Below, piece after piece: positions 43,509 through 52,618 of a stretch of DNA of 57,134 nucleotides. The number at the start of each line of letters is the position of its first letter. The stretch's first letter is position 1. The stretch is from NCBI GenBank assembly GCA_046753765.1, contig JBHHUN010000007.1:1-57134 (forward strand). The letters run 5' to 3'. Made by a program: the position numbers and the translations under genes. The stretch comes from Candidatus Dojkabacteria bacterium (GTDB lineage Bacteria; Patescibacteriota; Dojkabacteria; B142; OLB20). The notes under the pieces were generated by a model, which was not told where the DNA came from, ran no database searches, and worked only from the letters and a program-made list of their open reading frames with translations.

Positions 43509-43582
43509 CGGGGCGTAGCTCAGTTGGCTAGAGCGCGCGGTTCGGGATCGCGAGGTCGCTGGTTCAAGTCCAGTCGCCCCGA
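43509..43582 (+). tRNA. tRNA-Pro(CGG)
   Basis: CGGGGCG/CGCCCCG acceptor; anticodon arm CGCGG-TTCGGGA-TCGCG; GGTTCAAGTCC. Confidence 0.95.
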
Positions 43583-43633
43583 CATACCAAGGCTGGAAAT
43601 CTTTTAAAATCACACTAATACATAGATATCCTT

Positions 43634-44404
43634 ATGAACTCAAAGACAGTTAACTCCGTAAAGAAGAAAGGCGTCAGATTTGTAAGATTCCAATGGACAA
43701 ATAATGCAAACATGATCAGAGAGAAAGCTGTCCATATTGATCGAGTATCCCAATACGCAAAAAGAGGAATAGGTGCTACACCAGCCGAACAGGTTGTGCC
43801 TGTTATGTACGACGTTCCGGTACAAAATGATCTTGGGCTTGGCCCAGTTGGTGAAGTACGCTTAGTACCAGATTGGAGCACTCTTAACATCATTCGAGAA
43901 TGAATTCTTCCTTCTTTGGAGAGAGGACAGGAGCAATTTCAGCCCTGTCGACAAAACAACATTTTCCTCTGTCCTGGCACTGGATATTAGTACAGACATC
44001 ATCAATGAGATCAGTACAACACTTTTGGCACAAGGCATTACTGTAGAGATGTATCACTCCGAATCAGGTCACGGTCAGCAGGGAATGGCACTCACCTGCA
44101 TCTAAGTCTCTGGAAAAATGGTAAGAACATCACTTCTGATTCTATGCAGAAAAGCAAGCTGCACAATCCTCTGCAGCTTGATCCGGGGAACCTATCAGAA
44201 AAAGAGCGTGCAGCAGAGTCGATTGTGCGTCTCCCGACAAATCTTTGCGTCGCTATCAAAGAGTTTAAGAAGAGCAAGGTGATAAGGAATACGATTGGTG
44301 GCAATCTGGCCACGTCTTACCTGGCGGTGAAGTCGGCGGAGTGGAAAGCTATGAAAGATATGACGCTTAAGGAAGAGGTTGAAATACTACTTGAGAAATA
44401 CTAA
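43634..44404 (+). pseudogene. glnA: Glutamine synthetase (GS I-like) pseudogene in three reading frames
   Basis: Frame A: GVRFVRFQW...GLGPVGEVRLVPDWSTL. Frame B from ~43890: SFENEFFLL...EMYHSESGHGQQ. Frame C from 44078: AGNGTHLHLSLWKNGKN...DPGNLSEKER...RLP...YLAVKSAEW...LLEKY*. Only 771 nt in total. Confidence 0.85.
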
Positions 44405-44559
44405 TCCTGTTTTCTAAGACCACCTTTGAGATATTCGGCTCAATCTACCCGCTATACGATTATATTTTCTACCCTCCTACTTATATCCACCCTCTAATCG
44501 ACATTACCTGAATATTATCCACCCTCAACCCCTATTTTGTACTAACTTTTAACTCGATT

Positions 44560-46629
44560 CTACTCTATCCTGAACGCCCCCCGTAGGATATTCCCAACAA
44601 CCCCCATCCAGCCTCTTTTTCTATTCATCTCAGTCTCGGTTAATTTGAAGTGCTGTTCAAGATAGGTATCAACCGCAGTAACATCCTCCCCATTTGCGAT
44701 CAATGTGCTCCTATACTTGAGCAGCATCGCTTTAATCATTGGATTAGCCAAATCCAAGGGTTTTGGTTGTTTCTTGGATTGTTTTTTCTCTTGACCAAGA
44801 ACATCATACCGCCCAAAACCAATCGCCCATCGCATTACCCACTCAAAATCATCCTGCATTCCGGTCCACAGTAATGTACCCAGCATACGCAAATGCACCA
44901 GATTCCTCGCCACTTGGGCAGCTTCCAGTAAGATCTTCCACTCAGGCGTTGGATCTGCAAGTGAGGGGAGGCCTGTCTCGGTAATATAGATATCCGGTTC
45001 AACGATTTCTGCATTTGGATGCCTTTTCTTAATCTTTGTTGCCGTTTCTGCGATCAGATCTGCAAGTCTTACCGTCTGAACAATTATCCCCTCTGGAAAC
45101 CTCACCCAGTTGTTGATATATGTATCCAGACCTTCACCTACGTCAATCTTCCCCATTGCCAAGTTGGCACCTAACGATTCTGCCCCAACGTACATGTTGT
45201 AGTATTGCATCCCAATGAAATCTGCATGAAATCGACCGTCCTTGACGCTCTCCTTCATAAACATTCTCTCCCACATGTTGTTCCCCCAGTTCATAAACAA
45301 CGAATCAACGTAAGAGCGATAGTATTCGCGCTTACTCGGCGTCTTCTTTGGAGCGAAAATTGGAGTATTGTGTGAATATCCCACCTGCACATCCAGATCT
45401 ATCTTTTTAAGGGCGTCTCTGGCAAGGATATGGCCTTTCACGGAGTGCCTCATAGCCGGTAGATACCCATTGATTACATCTGTCCAAACCCTCCTTGCTA
45501 AATCGTAGAGCCTTGGAACTATCCATTTTTTAGGCTCAAGCAGATTGCGCCTGAGTTCACCGGGGTCAATATCTATACCCCCGATAGCAAGTACTCTTCT
45601 GTATTCAGCTTCTAAGACAGCCCTGCGCTCTTCTGTTATGAAGCCCCTGTGAGGTGGCCAGTCTCCAGCAAGGTATCCGGCGGGGAAGGTTGAGGAAGGT
45701 TCATTGATTGTTAGTACGTAACCGGGGCGTGCATCTTCACCCAACGCTCCGTATACCTCGCTTACGTAGTCTCTAAACAAAGCTGGTGCATCAGGATTAC
45801 TCCAGTCCCCCTCTATCCAGCTTGGAAATGTAAAGTGCTGGAAGCACACAACGGTATCAACCCCATTTGATTTTGCATACCTGAGGATTTCTTGAAAGAA
45901 TTCAAAGTTCTCTTGATTCAGCCCTCCCCCTTCACCTGGAGGCAACATTAACCGGCTCCACTCTGCACTTAGGCGAAATGCACTACCCCCTTGAGCCTTT
46001 ATTCTGTCGATCTCTTCGTACCAATAGTTGATGTCTACTCCAGCTCTGTCCGGCATAGGCATTATTTCAAGATCACCACCTTCAAGCTCCATGGGAGTCT
46101 CGTGTTGGAGAAAGCGTTCCAACCTATCTCTGATCTTCTGATACCTACTATCGATGTCAGTCCCCTGCTCGCCGTTTAAACCTGCAAATTGATTCAGAAT
46201 CAATACAGTCCTCATAGTATCTTGGGACCCTTGGCTTACGAATCCAACTACCTCAGTTAAGAAATCGTGAGCATTTTCTTCGTCGCGGTGCTCTTCTTCA
46301 TCGACTACATTCAAAAGGATCTCCAACAGGTCCACATCGAGCTCCATAATATTCAAGCGGTGACTTCTATCGTTTATACCATGCTCATTAAAGCTATCCT
46401 TACGGATTTCAAGGCGTTGCTGAAAAACCTCCCTTATACCAGAAACAAAATCATCTCTTTCGTATTCATCTCTATTGATCCAAATATTTCTAAGTCTCGT
46501 ATTTACGCCTGTACGCACGTGCATACCCCAGATATCCAACTCCATAGCACCTTCAGGATATTTCTGAAATGTTGAGGTAGCAGTTCCGTCTCCTTGTTTT
46601 AACAAATCAGGGACTGGAGTGCGATCCAT
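44560..46629 (-). CDS. Divergent glycoside hydrolase family 1 protein
   Basis: FRLSAEWSR, HFTFPSW, TINEP (acid/base), YITETG (nucleophile), DDFEW; long unrecognised N-terminal region. Confidence 0.8.
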   Translation of the reverse strand: MDRTPVPDLLKQGDGTATSTFQKYPEGAMELDIWGMHVRTGVNTRLRNIWINRDEYERDDFVSGIREVFQQRLEIRKDSFNEHGINDRSHRLNIMELDVDLLEILLNVVDEEEHRDEENAHDFLTEVVGFVSQGSQDTMRTVLILNQFAGLNGEQGTDIDSRYQKIRDRLERFLQHETPMELEGGDLEIMPMPDRAGVDINYWYEEIDRIKAQGGSAFRLSAEWSRLMLPPGEGGGLNQENFEFFQEILRYAKSNGVDTVVCFQHFTFPSWIEGDWSNPDAPALFRDYVSEVYGALGEDARPGYVLTINEPSSTFPAGYLAGDWPPHRGFITEERRAVLEAEYRRVLAIGGIDIDPGELRRNLLEPKKWIVPRLYDLARRVWTDVINGYLPAMRHSVKGHILARDALKKIDLDVQVGYSHNTPIFAPKKTPSKREYYRSYVDSLFMNWGNNMWERMFMKESVKDGRFHADFIGMQYYNMYVGAESLGANLAMGKIDVGEGLDTYINNWVRFPEGIIVQTVRLADLIAETATKIKKRHPNAEIVEPDIYITETGLPSLADPTPEWKILLEAAQVARNLVHLRMLGTLLWTGMQDDFEWVMRWAIGFGRYDVLGQEKKQSKKQPKPLDLANPMIKAMLLKYRSTLIANGEDVTAVDTYLEQHFKLTETEMNRKRGWMGVVGNILRGAFRIE

Positions 46630-46715
46630 ACGTACTATATATAAAAGAACAATTGTAACTCACCGGGAGTCTATTCACAAAACACTTGTCCGATTATTGA
46701 GGATTGAAATATCGT

Positions 46716-47384
46716 TTATTCGGACCGTCCGATTCTAAGAAGAAGGCTAATCACTTCCGAAAAAGTTGAGGCATGTAATTGGGTTCTATTAGCCACTTTT
46801 GGGCGGTTTGCAAATTCATTGTAGTAGATGAAGTACTCCGCCACCCCATTCTCAACTATCTGAAAATCAGTATAGCCATCACCAATGACAACAGTTTTGC
46901 CTTGGAGTTGCAACTTCTTTGCTACTCTGGCCTTTCCACCGTCATGCGCCATAGGGTTGTCAGTATCGATCCCCTGAAATATGCCACTACTGAAGATGAA
47001 ACTGTTCGCATAGATGTTCGCTACATCTACACCGAACGGCTCAAGAACAGGGGTGATAATCTCTTTGAATCCTCCAGAAAATACATGAAGATTGTATGCG
47101 TTGAGCTTGTCGAACTCTTCGACAAACCCTTCCGACAGTTTACTACTGAGTAATTTTGCTGTATCGTCAACAATTTGCTGCGTAAGCGGCAATATGTCAA
47201 CCCTTCTTGCCAATGACTGACTAAATGTTATGTCGCCGTTCATCCCCATATCGGTTATTCTAGCTACCTCGTCCAACACTTTTAATCGTTTAGAATTACT
47301 ACCCAATGCTAGCCGAAATAATTCTTCCATCGTTTCAACAGATACGATTGTACTATCAAAATCAATAATCAGATTCTTAATCAT
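46716..47384 (-). CDS. HAD-IB phosphatase (phosphoserine phosphatase-like)
   Basis: DFDST, SGG, K and GDGYTD motifs I-IV. Confidence 0.88.
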   Translation of the reverse strand: MIKNLIIDFDSTIVSVETMEELFRLALGSNSKRLKVLDEVARITDMGMNGDITFSQSLARRVDILPLTQQIVDDTAKLLSSKLSEGFVEEFDKLNAYNLHVFSGGFKEIITPVLEPFGVDVANIYANSFIFSSGIFQGIDTDNPMAHDGGKARVAKKLQLQGKTVVIGDGYTDFQIVENGVAEYFIYYNEFANRPKVANRTQLHASTFSEVISLLLRIGRSE

Positions 47385-47486
47385 AATGATATTCTTTCGC
47401 GAAATTAATAATGCCTAATGTTGGAGTGTTTTGCAAGCGTACAATATTTTGATCAGAGAAGGATATGTGCGATAATACGAGCACTA

Positions 47487-48083
47487 ATGCTAAAAACAGT
47501 AGATACCAATAAACCAAAATATAATAGAACTTCGGTCAAAACTATCTCCAAGAAACGAAAGGATCAAAAGGTATACGCATTCATTGACAGTCAAAACGTC
47601 AACCTATCTGTGCAGGACAAGGGGTGGAAGCTCGATTGGACCGCATTTCGTAAGTACCTGGCAGAAAAATTCAACGTCCTGAAGGCCTTCCTTTTTATTG
47701 GCTACATGCCCGGGAATGAGACTCTGTACTCAACATTGCAGCAGCAGGGCTATATACTTATCTTTAAACCGCTCGTTGAAGCAGGCGATCACGGTGTTAA
47801 AGGTAATGTCGATGCCGAGCTGGTATTGCGTGCAATGCTCGAATACCGCAACTACGACTCTGCAGTTATTGTTACGGGCGATGGTGATTTCCACGCCCTG
47901 GTCGATCACCTTGAATCAACAGGCAAATTAAAGGCATTGATCGTCCCAAATAAGGAGAAGTACTCCAGTCTACTCAAGAAGTTCGAGCTTAAGATTGACT
48001 CAATCAGCAGTCATCGCAAAAAACTAGAATACACACACAGATCCTCAAGGCAACCAAAGAAAAATCCAAGAAAGTCTGGTTAA
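47487..48083 (+). CDS. NYN (LabA/DUF88, PIN-like) domain protein
   Basis: FIDSQNV, KGNVDAEL, VTGDGDF. Start uncertain (47418 or 47487). Confidence 0.87.
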   Translation: MLKTVDTNKPKYNRTSVKTISKKRKDQKVYAFIDSQNVNLSVQDKGWKLDWTAFRKYLAEKFNVLKAFLFIGYMPGNETLYSTLQQQGYILIFKPLVEAGDHGVKGNVDAELVLRAMLEYRNYDSAVIVTGDGDFHALVDHLESTGKLKALIVPNKEKYSSLLKKFELKIDSISSHRKKLEYTHRSSRQPKKNPRKSG

Positions 48084-48117
48084 AACTAGGCATTTTAATT
48101 ACATTGTATGTAGTTAA

Positions 48118-50085
48118 ATGATCCCTATGCTGTTTAAGAAGTTGTTTCTAGTGGCTATCACTATCGGAGTATTACTCAGCATTGGCCCCTCCTATGTGTC
48201 AGCACAGTTTGAGACACCTCAAGGATACGAACGCATCATCTCCTATGACACCATAATCAAAATCAACACCGACGGAGGTCTACTGGTTAGTGAACAGATC
48301 AAGGTCGAATCAACGGGGAGCCAGATCCGACGTGGAATTTATCGTGACTTCCCCACAATCTACACAAATGAGTTCGGATTGAAGCAATCAACATCGTTTG
48401 ATCTGAAATCAGTCGAAAAGGATGGCGTCAGTGAGCCATACCATATTGAAAACCAAACAAATGGCCCACGATTGTACATCGGTGAGGAAAACACCTTTCT
48501 TACACCCGGTATCTACACCTACAGGATAGTCTACGAAACAGATCGCCAACTAGGGTATTTCGCTGACCATGATGAGCTTTTCTTCAATGTTGTTGGTAAC
48601 GGGTGGTCATTTCCGGTTGAATCCGCATCAGCGATAGTAGCTTTACCGGGCTCTATTAAGGATTCCGAGCTCGTACTTGATGCGTTCACCGGGTTTCAGG
48701 GCGAGAAGGGAAAAGCTTTCATTTCTGGAACAGGTAAGGAGCACGGAACTGTGATCGCTTTCTTTGAAACCAACAACACTCTTTATACAGGCGAAGGTTT
48801 CACCATCCTGGTGGAGTTTCCTAAAGGAGTAGTCAGCGGGCCCGACCCGATATCGTCACTTTCCGCACTTATGTTTGATAACCTTTTTATTGTTATTACA
48901 GGCCTCGGACTCACTGGCCTTTTCGTTTACTACTTCATCATGTGGCTACTCTACGGCAGGGATCCGGTCGGGGGAACCATTATTCCGCTGTTTAAGCCCC
49001 CGAAGGACCTCTCTCCTGCAGCCGTGCGATACATTCTTGAGATGGGATTTGATGACAAAGCAATTGCTGTATCTGTACTCAGCATGGGAGTCCAAGGTTT
49101 CTTGAACATTAAGGAGGGCTCAAGCTACTACACTATAGAAAAGAATAAAACTAGTAAGCAAGGAGAGCTTTTCGGAGAAGAGCAGGCGATATACGACCAG
49201 TACTTCAGCTCCTCTGACTCATTAACGTTTAAAAACAGGAATCACGCAAGGGTAAATCGAGGCAAAGATGCCTTGAAAGACTTCCTCGAGAAGCAGTATT
49301 CTAACCTAATCGTTACAAATTCAAGCTTTCTTTGGGGTGGGATAGTTTTTTCTGTTGTTTATATTCTTATTGCAATCTCGTACCAAGTGATGCGCTTTCC
49401 AAATGAAGATTTCATCAGTGGGATCTTTATGACGGTCTTTTTTCTCGCTCCCGCAGCGATTATGTTTAAAACTGATTTTCTCCCAAACCTGAAGCTACTA
49501 TTCGTGAAACCGTCCTGCTCTATCCTGATGAAGGTGTTCTCTTTCTCTTTCGCTGCACTGTTCCTGCTTCCGGGACTTGCCGGCATAATATTGATGTCAC
49601 AGAGCATCGGACTGCTTGGTTTCATACTTGTCTCCATCCCTGTAGTATTACATTTCATCTACCACGATGCTCTTAAAGCAGTTACAAGGGCGGGCAAAAA
49701 GGTAAAAGACCAGATAGATGGCTTTAAGATGTATCTTCTTGCAACTGAAAAGGAGCGACTCGCGATAATGCATAAGAAATTGCCACAGACGCTTGAGACC
49801 TATGAACGATTTTTACCGTACGCAGTCGCAATGAACATTGAGTCGCAGTGGACTACACAATTTGAGAAGCAGATCGAAGCCGTAACCCAAGAAAAAGCCG
49901 ACTATTCACCAAACTGGTATTACGGAACACACTTCTATGCATCGACTGGGGGGATATCGGGTTTTACGGGCGCACTTACCAGTACAATCTCATCCTCAAC
50001 CCATGCCCCTGGGTCATCATCCGGTGGCGGTGGCGGTGGCAGCGCCGGTGGTGGCGGTGGTGGTGGCGGCGGAGGTGGCTGGTAG
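48118..50085 (+). CDS. DUF2207 (YciQ-like) membrane protein
   Basis: Signal peptide, ERIISYDTII, RGIYRDFP, FRYLLA-like GFKMYLLATE, YERFLPYAVA, C-terminal GGGGGGGW. Confidence 0.9.
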   Translation: MIPMLFKKLFLVAITIGVLLSIGPSYVSAQFETPQGYERIISYDTIIKINTDGGLLVSEQIKVESTGSQIRRGIYRDFPTIYTNEFGLKQSTSFDLKSVEKDGVSEPYHIENQTNGPRLYIGEENTFLTPGIYTYRIVYETDRQLGYFADHDELFFNVVGNGWSFPVESASAIVALPGSIKDSELVLDAFTGFQGEKGKAFISGTGKEHGTVIAFFETNNTLYTGEGFTILVEFPKGVVSGPDPISSLSALMFDNLFIVITGLGLTGLFVYYFIMWLLYGRDPVGGTIIPLFKPPKDLSPAAVRYILEMGFDDKAIAVSVLSMGVQGFLNIKEGSSYYTIEKNKTSKQGELFGEEQAIYDQYFSSSDSLTFKNRNHARVNRGKDALKDFLEKQYSNLIVTNSSFLWGGIVFSVVYILIAISYQVMRFPNEDFISGIFMTVFFLAPAAIMFKTDFLPNLKLLFVKPSCSILMKVFSFSFAALFLLPGLAGIILMSQSIGLLGFILVSIPVVLHFIYHDALKAVTRAGKKVKDQIDGFKMYLLATEKERLAIMHKKLPQTLETYERFLPYAVAMNIESQWTTQFEKQIEAVTQEKADYSPNWYYGTHFYASTGGISGFTGALTSTISSSTHAPGSSSGGGGGGSAGGGGGGGGGGGW

Positions 50086-50117
50086 GCTGGTAGGCTGGTA
50101 GGCTGGTAGGCTGGTAG
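50077..50117 (+). repeat. Perfect 8-bp tandem repeat (GGCTGGTA)x5 spanning the DUF2207 stop codon
   Basis: Units start at 50077, 50085, 50093, 50101 and 50109; the first contains the GGC TGG TAG end of the gene. Confidence 0.95.
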
Positions 50118-50133
50118 AGTATCTACCCAAACT

Positions 50134-50211
50134 TTACCTGTACCGTAAACCGATCGCCTTGCCCCTCCTACGTCTTCTTTTTTTTAAAGCCTGCTTCTGT
50201 TTTTTATTCAT
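50134..50211 (-). CDS. 25-aa highly basic peptide
   Basis: My translation: MNKKQKQALKKRRRRRGKAIGLRYR*; ATG to TAA, within the DUF2207-LCP gap; too short for the ORF track. Confidence 0.45.
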   Translation of the reverse strand: MNKKQKQALKKRRRRRGKAIGLRYR

Positions 50212-50320
50212 CAGCGGTTACATATTTAAACGCAACTTCTACACAAGTATCATGAAACTTGCAAAATAGCCCATATTCCTTGATACTGTGATTTGTGCTA
50301 GACTTTAGTAGGTATTGCAC

Positions 50321-51823
50321 ATGATATATACTGCCGAGGTACAACTTGATAAAAACAAAGAGCGATTTAAGCTCCGAAAGAGGAGGTTTTTCTTTGTTCT
50401 ACTGACGTTATTACTACCACTTGCACTCGGCTTCATATTTGCAAACCTTGAGTTACAGACATCCGCAACCTCAACAATCTCTGATGAACCGCAGAACCCC
50501 TCCCTACTCGGACAGGTTTCAAACCTCCTTCAAAAAGCGCCCGAGGTGATCGGCGAGATATGGCAGACCGAGTTTAAACACGACAACAAGATTACGTCCG
50601 CCCTGATAGTAGGAATAGACTCACGAAATGTAATCTTTAATGGGATAGAATTTATAAACACAAAGCCCGAAGGTCAGGCTGGCACAAGAAACACAGACAC
50701 AATACTCCAGGCTGTTTATGATCATGACACAGGTAGAGCCTTCTTGATTTCGATTCCAAGAGACATTGGTGTCGATGTCTCCATGTCCTGCCTTGAGTTT
50801 CATGGGAGTATACATTGGGTTTATGACAAGGCGCAAAGCGCCGGTTGTAAGGGCGGTGGACAGAGAGTGCTTGCTAAAACTGTTGAACGGATTACAGGAA
50901 TCAAGATCCAGTACTATGGATTTGTTACCCTCGATGCGTTTAAAGAGGTCATTGATATTGTCGGAGAGGAGAACGAAAATGGTGAAAAAGGTATATGGGT
51001 CAACAACCCAGCAGCTTTCTATGAAATCTACCCATACAACGATCACGGCTGGGAAAATGTGTATTTCGCACAAGGACGACAATTCATGACCGCCGAGAGG
51101 GCCCTTAGATTTGTGAGAAGTCGACAGTTCACATCAGATTGGGGACGTGCTAGACGCCAGCAGATATTTATCGAGGCAGTGAAGGACAGGGTACTTTCAG
51201 CAGAAACGTTGTTAAACCCAGGAAAAATTCTCGGGCTGATGGGGACATTCAAAGACAAGTTATTGTTTACTCCACCAAGTTTCTCAGAGGTAGTCGAAGG
51301 TATTAAACTGGCACAAAATCTTGACCAAACAGAGATCACAAATATTGTGTTAAGTCCTGACTTCGGTGGTTATGAGGTATTCTTAAACAAACAACCCCAT
51401 GACAGACCGGGCGGCCCCTACTATATGGTTCCCACAAGTTGGGCCAAATGTCCGAATAATGTGTACTGTAAGGTTCAGGAGTTCATAAGACAGATAATGC
51501 AATATCCAAGTATTTTCGAAGAGGAGGCTAAGATATTTGCTTATGCGAAAGAGTATGGAGCTAGTGGACCTAATTTTGAGAATGTAAACTATGAACAAAT
51601 AAAAGCAGCAAATTTACCTATTGGTGTGGCTGAGAGCAGATACCTAGCTGGCGCGGTAAACCCAAAGCAGGATGTGATGATTATTGATTATACAAATGGA
51701 AAGAAAAAATTCACTCTCAATGCACTTGAGAAACTGCTTGGTGTCAAAGCTGTCTCAGGCGATGCTTACCCCAGTGTCAGAATTAACGACGAGCATATCT
51801 CCATCGTCGTAAAGCCAACCTAG
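50321..51823 (+). CDS. LCP (LytR-CpsA-Psr) family glycopolymer transferase
   Basis: TM, IVGIDSR, RNTDTI, ISIPRD, ALRFVRSR..SDWGRARRQQ. Confidence 0.9.
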   Translation: MIYTAEVQLDKNKERFKLRKRRFFFVLLTLLLPLALGFIFANLELQTSATSTISDEPQNPSLLGQVSNLLQKAPEVIGEIWQTEFKHDNKITSALIVGIDSRNVIFNGIEFINTKPEGQAGTRNTDTILQAVYDHDTGRAFLISIPRDIGVDVSMSCLEFHGSIHWVYDKAQSAGCKGGGQRVLAKTVERITGIKIQYYGFVTLDAFKEVIDIVGEENENGEKGIWVNNPAAFYEIYPYNDHGWENVYFAQGRQFMTAERALRFVRSRQFTSDWGRARRQQIFIEAVKDRVLSAETLLNPGKILGLMGTFKDKLLFTPPSFSEVVEGIKLAQNLDQTEITNIVLSPDFGGYEVFLNKQPHDRPGGPYYMVPTSWAKCPNNVYCKVQEFIRQIMQYPSIFEEEAKIFAYAKEYGASGPNFENVNYEQIKAANLPIGVAESRYLAGAVNPKQDVMIIDYTNGKKKFTLNALEKLLGVKAVSGDAYPSVRINDEHISIVVKPT

Positions 51824-52009
51824 GGATCCTAATGATGATATGGTGCTGATAACCGCGCTGGTTGCAGCATTTGTAAAGCTTGAGATAAGGAAGACTTTGA
51901 ATTTCTCCAATTATTGCTGAATTAATACAATTTGGATCATTATAATACACGAGGTATATCACGATGATAATACCTATATAACAACACATTTGGAGGGTTT
52001 CGTCTTGAC

Positions 52010-52086
52010 TGGTCGGGAAGACAGGACTCGAACCTGCGACCTCGCGCTCCCAAAGCGCGCGTTCTAGCCAACTGAACTACTTCCCG
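52010..52086 (-). tRNA. tRNA-Pro(TGG), CCA encoded
   Basis: CGGGAAG/CTTCCCG acceptor; anticodon arm CGCGC-TTTGGGA-GCGCG; GGTTCGAGTCC; ends ACCA. Confidence 0.96.
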
Positions 52087-52099
52087 TATTTAGGTAATT

Positions 52100-52563
52100 T
52101 TAACACAAATTACACCAATTTACTTGCAGGACATTGAGATATGCTGCTCCATCTTGAAAGATACAAACCCCATCTTCTCCAAGATCATCAGTTCGGATTT
52201 CTAGTTTTCCATTGTTTTTTTCGCAATAAACAGAGGCAGGGTTTGCCATATCAGAAGCATCTCCATTACTGCAATCCTGTGGACACGTTGCTTTTGTCTC
52301 ACCACATAAATCTTCGCACACATCATCCGGTAGATCGTTGCCGTTTAAGCCCTCCGTAAATGTTTTCCTCCCGGGACTGCGCATTGCCTCGAATATGACT
52401 CCACGACCAGATATCCAGCGACTTCACACTCCGTAAACGAATTTATTTGACCCGCTTTATCCCTCTCAACGTAAACATAGGTACCCAGTCCGGCTATAGC
52501 TGAAGCAAAAAGTATGGAGCATACAAGCAGGACCCCCATTAAAATTAGTAGCTTTTTATCCAT
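52100..52563 (-). pseudogene. Frameshifted secreted Cys-rich protein with DUF333 domain
   Basis: The 5' ORF (TM, INSFTECEVAGY..ESYSRQC) and the 3' ORF (KTFTE...CPQDC...MANPASVYCEK...GVCIFQDG) join if one A is added to the A4 run at 52363-66. The DUF333 tail is atypical. Confidence 0.65.
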
Positions 52564-52618
52564 TTTCAGTCACTGATAAGTGACACTCGCTTACGAGTAT
52601 TATACAAAATATTGAGCT

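Noticed and set aside
43422-43613. 64-aa N-terminal extension of pgl in the ORF track
   Set aside because: It is the reverse complement of tRNA-Pro(CGG) and its flanks; the real start is ATG 43421.
44144-44404. The 86-aa and 89-aa (43634-43903) ORFs as independent small proteins
   Set aside because: Both are collinear pieces of one glutamine synthetase, linked by a third fragment in another frame.
44514-44524. TTATCCACC as a DnaA box or oriC
   Set aside because: Single imperfect box; no cluster, unwinding element or dnaA nearby.
50078-50117. GCTGGTAG repeats as Chi-like sites or a CRISPR array
   Set aside because: One mismatch from E. coli Chi (GCTGGTGG) and fully explained by Gly-Trp-stop codons; no spacers and no cas genes.
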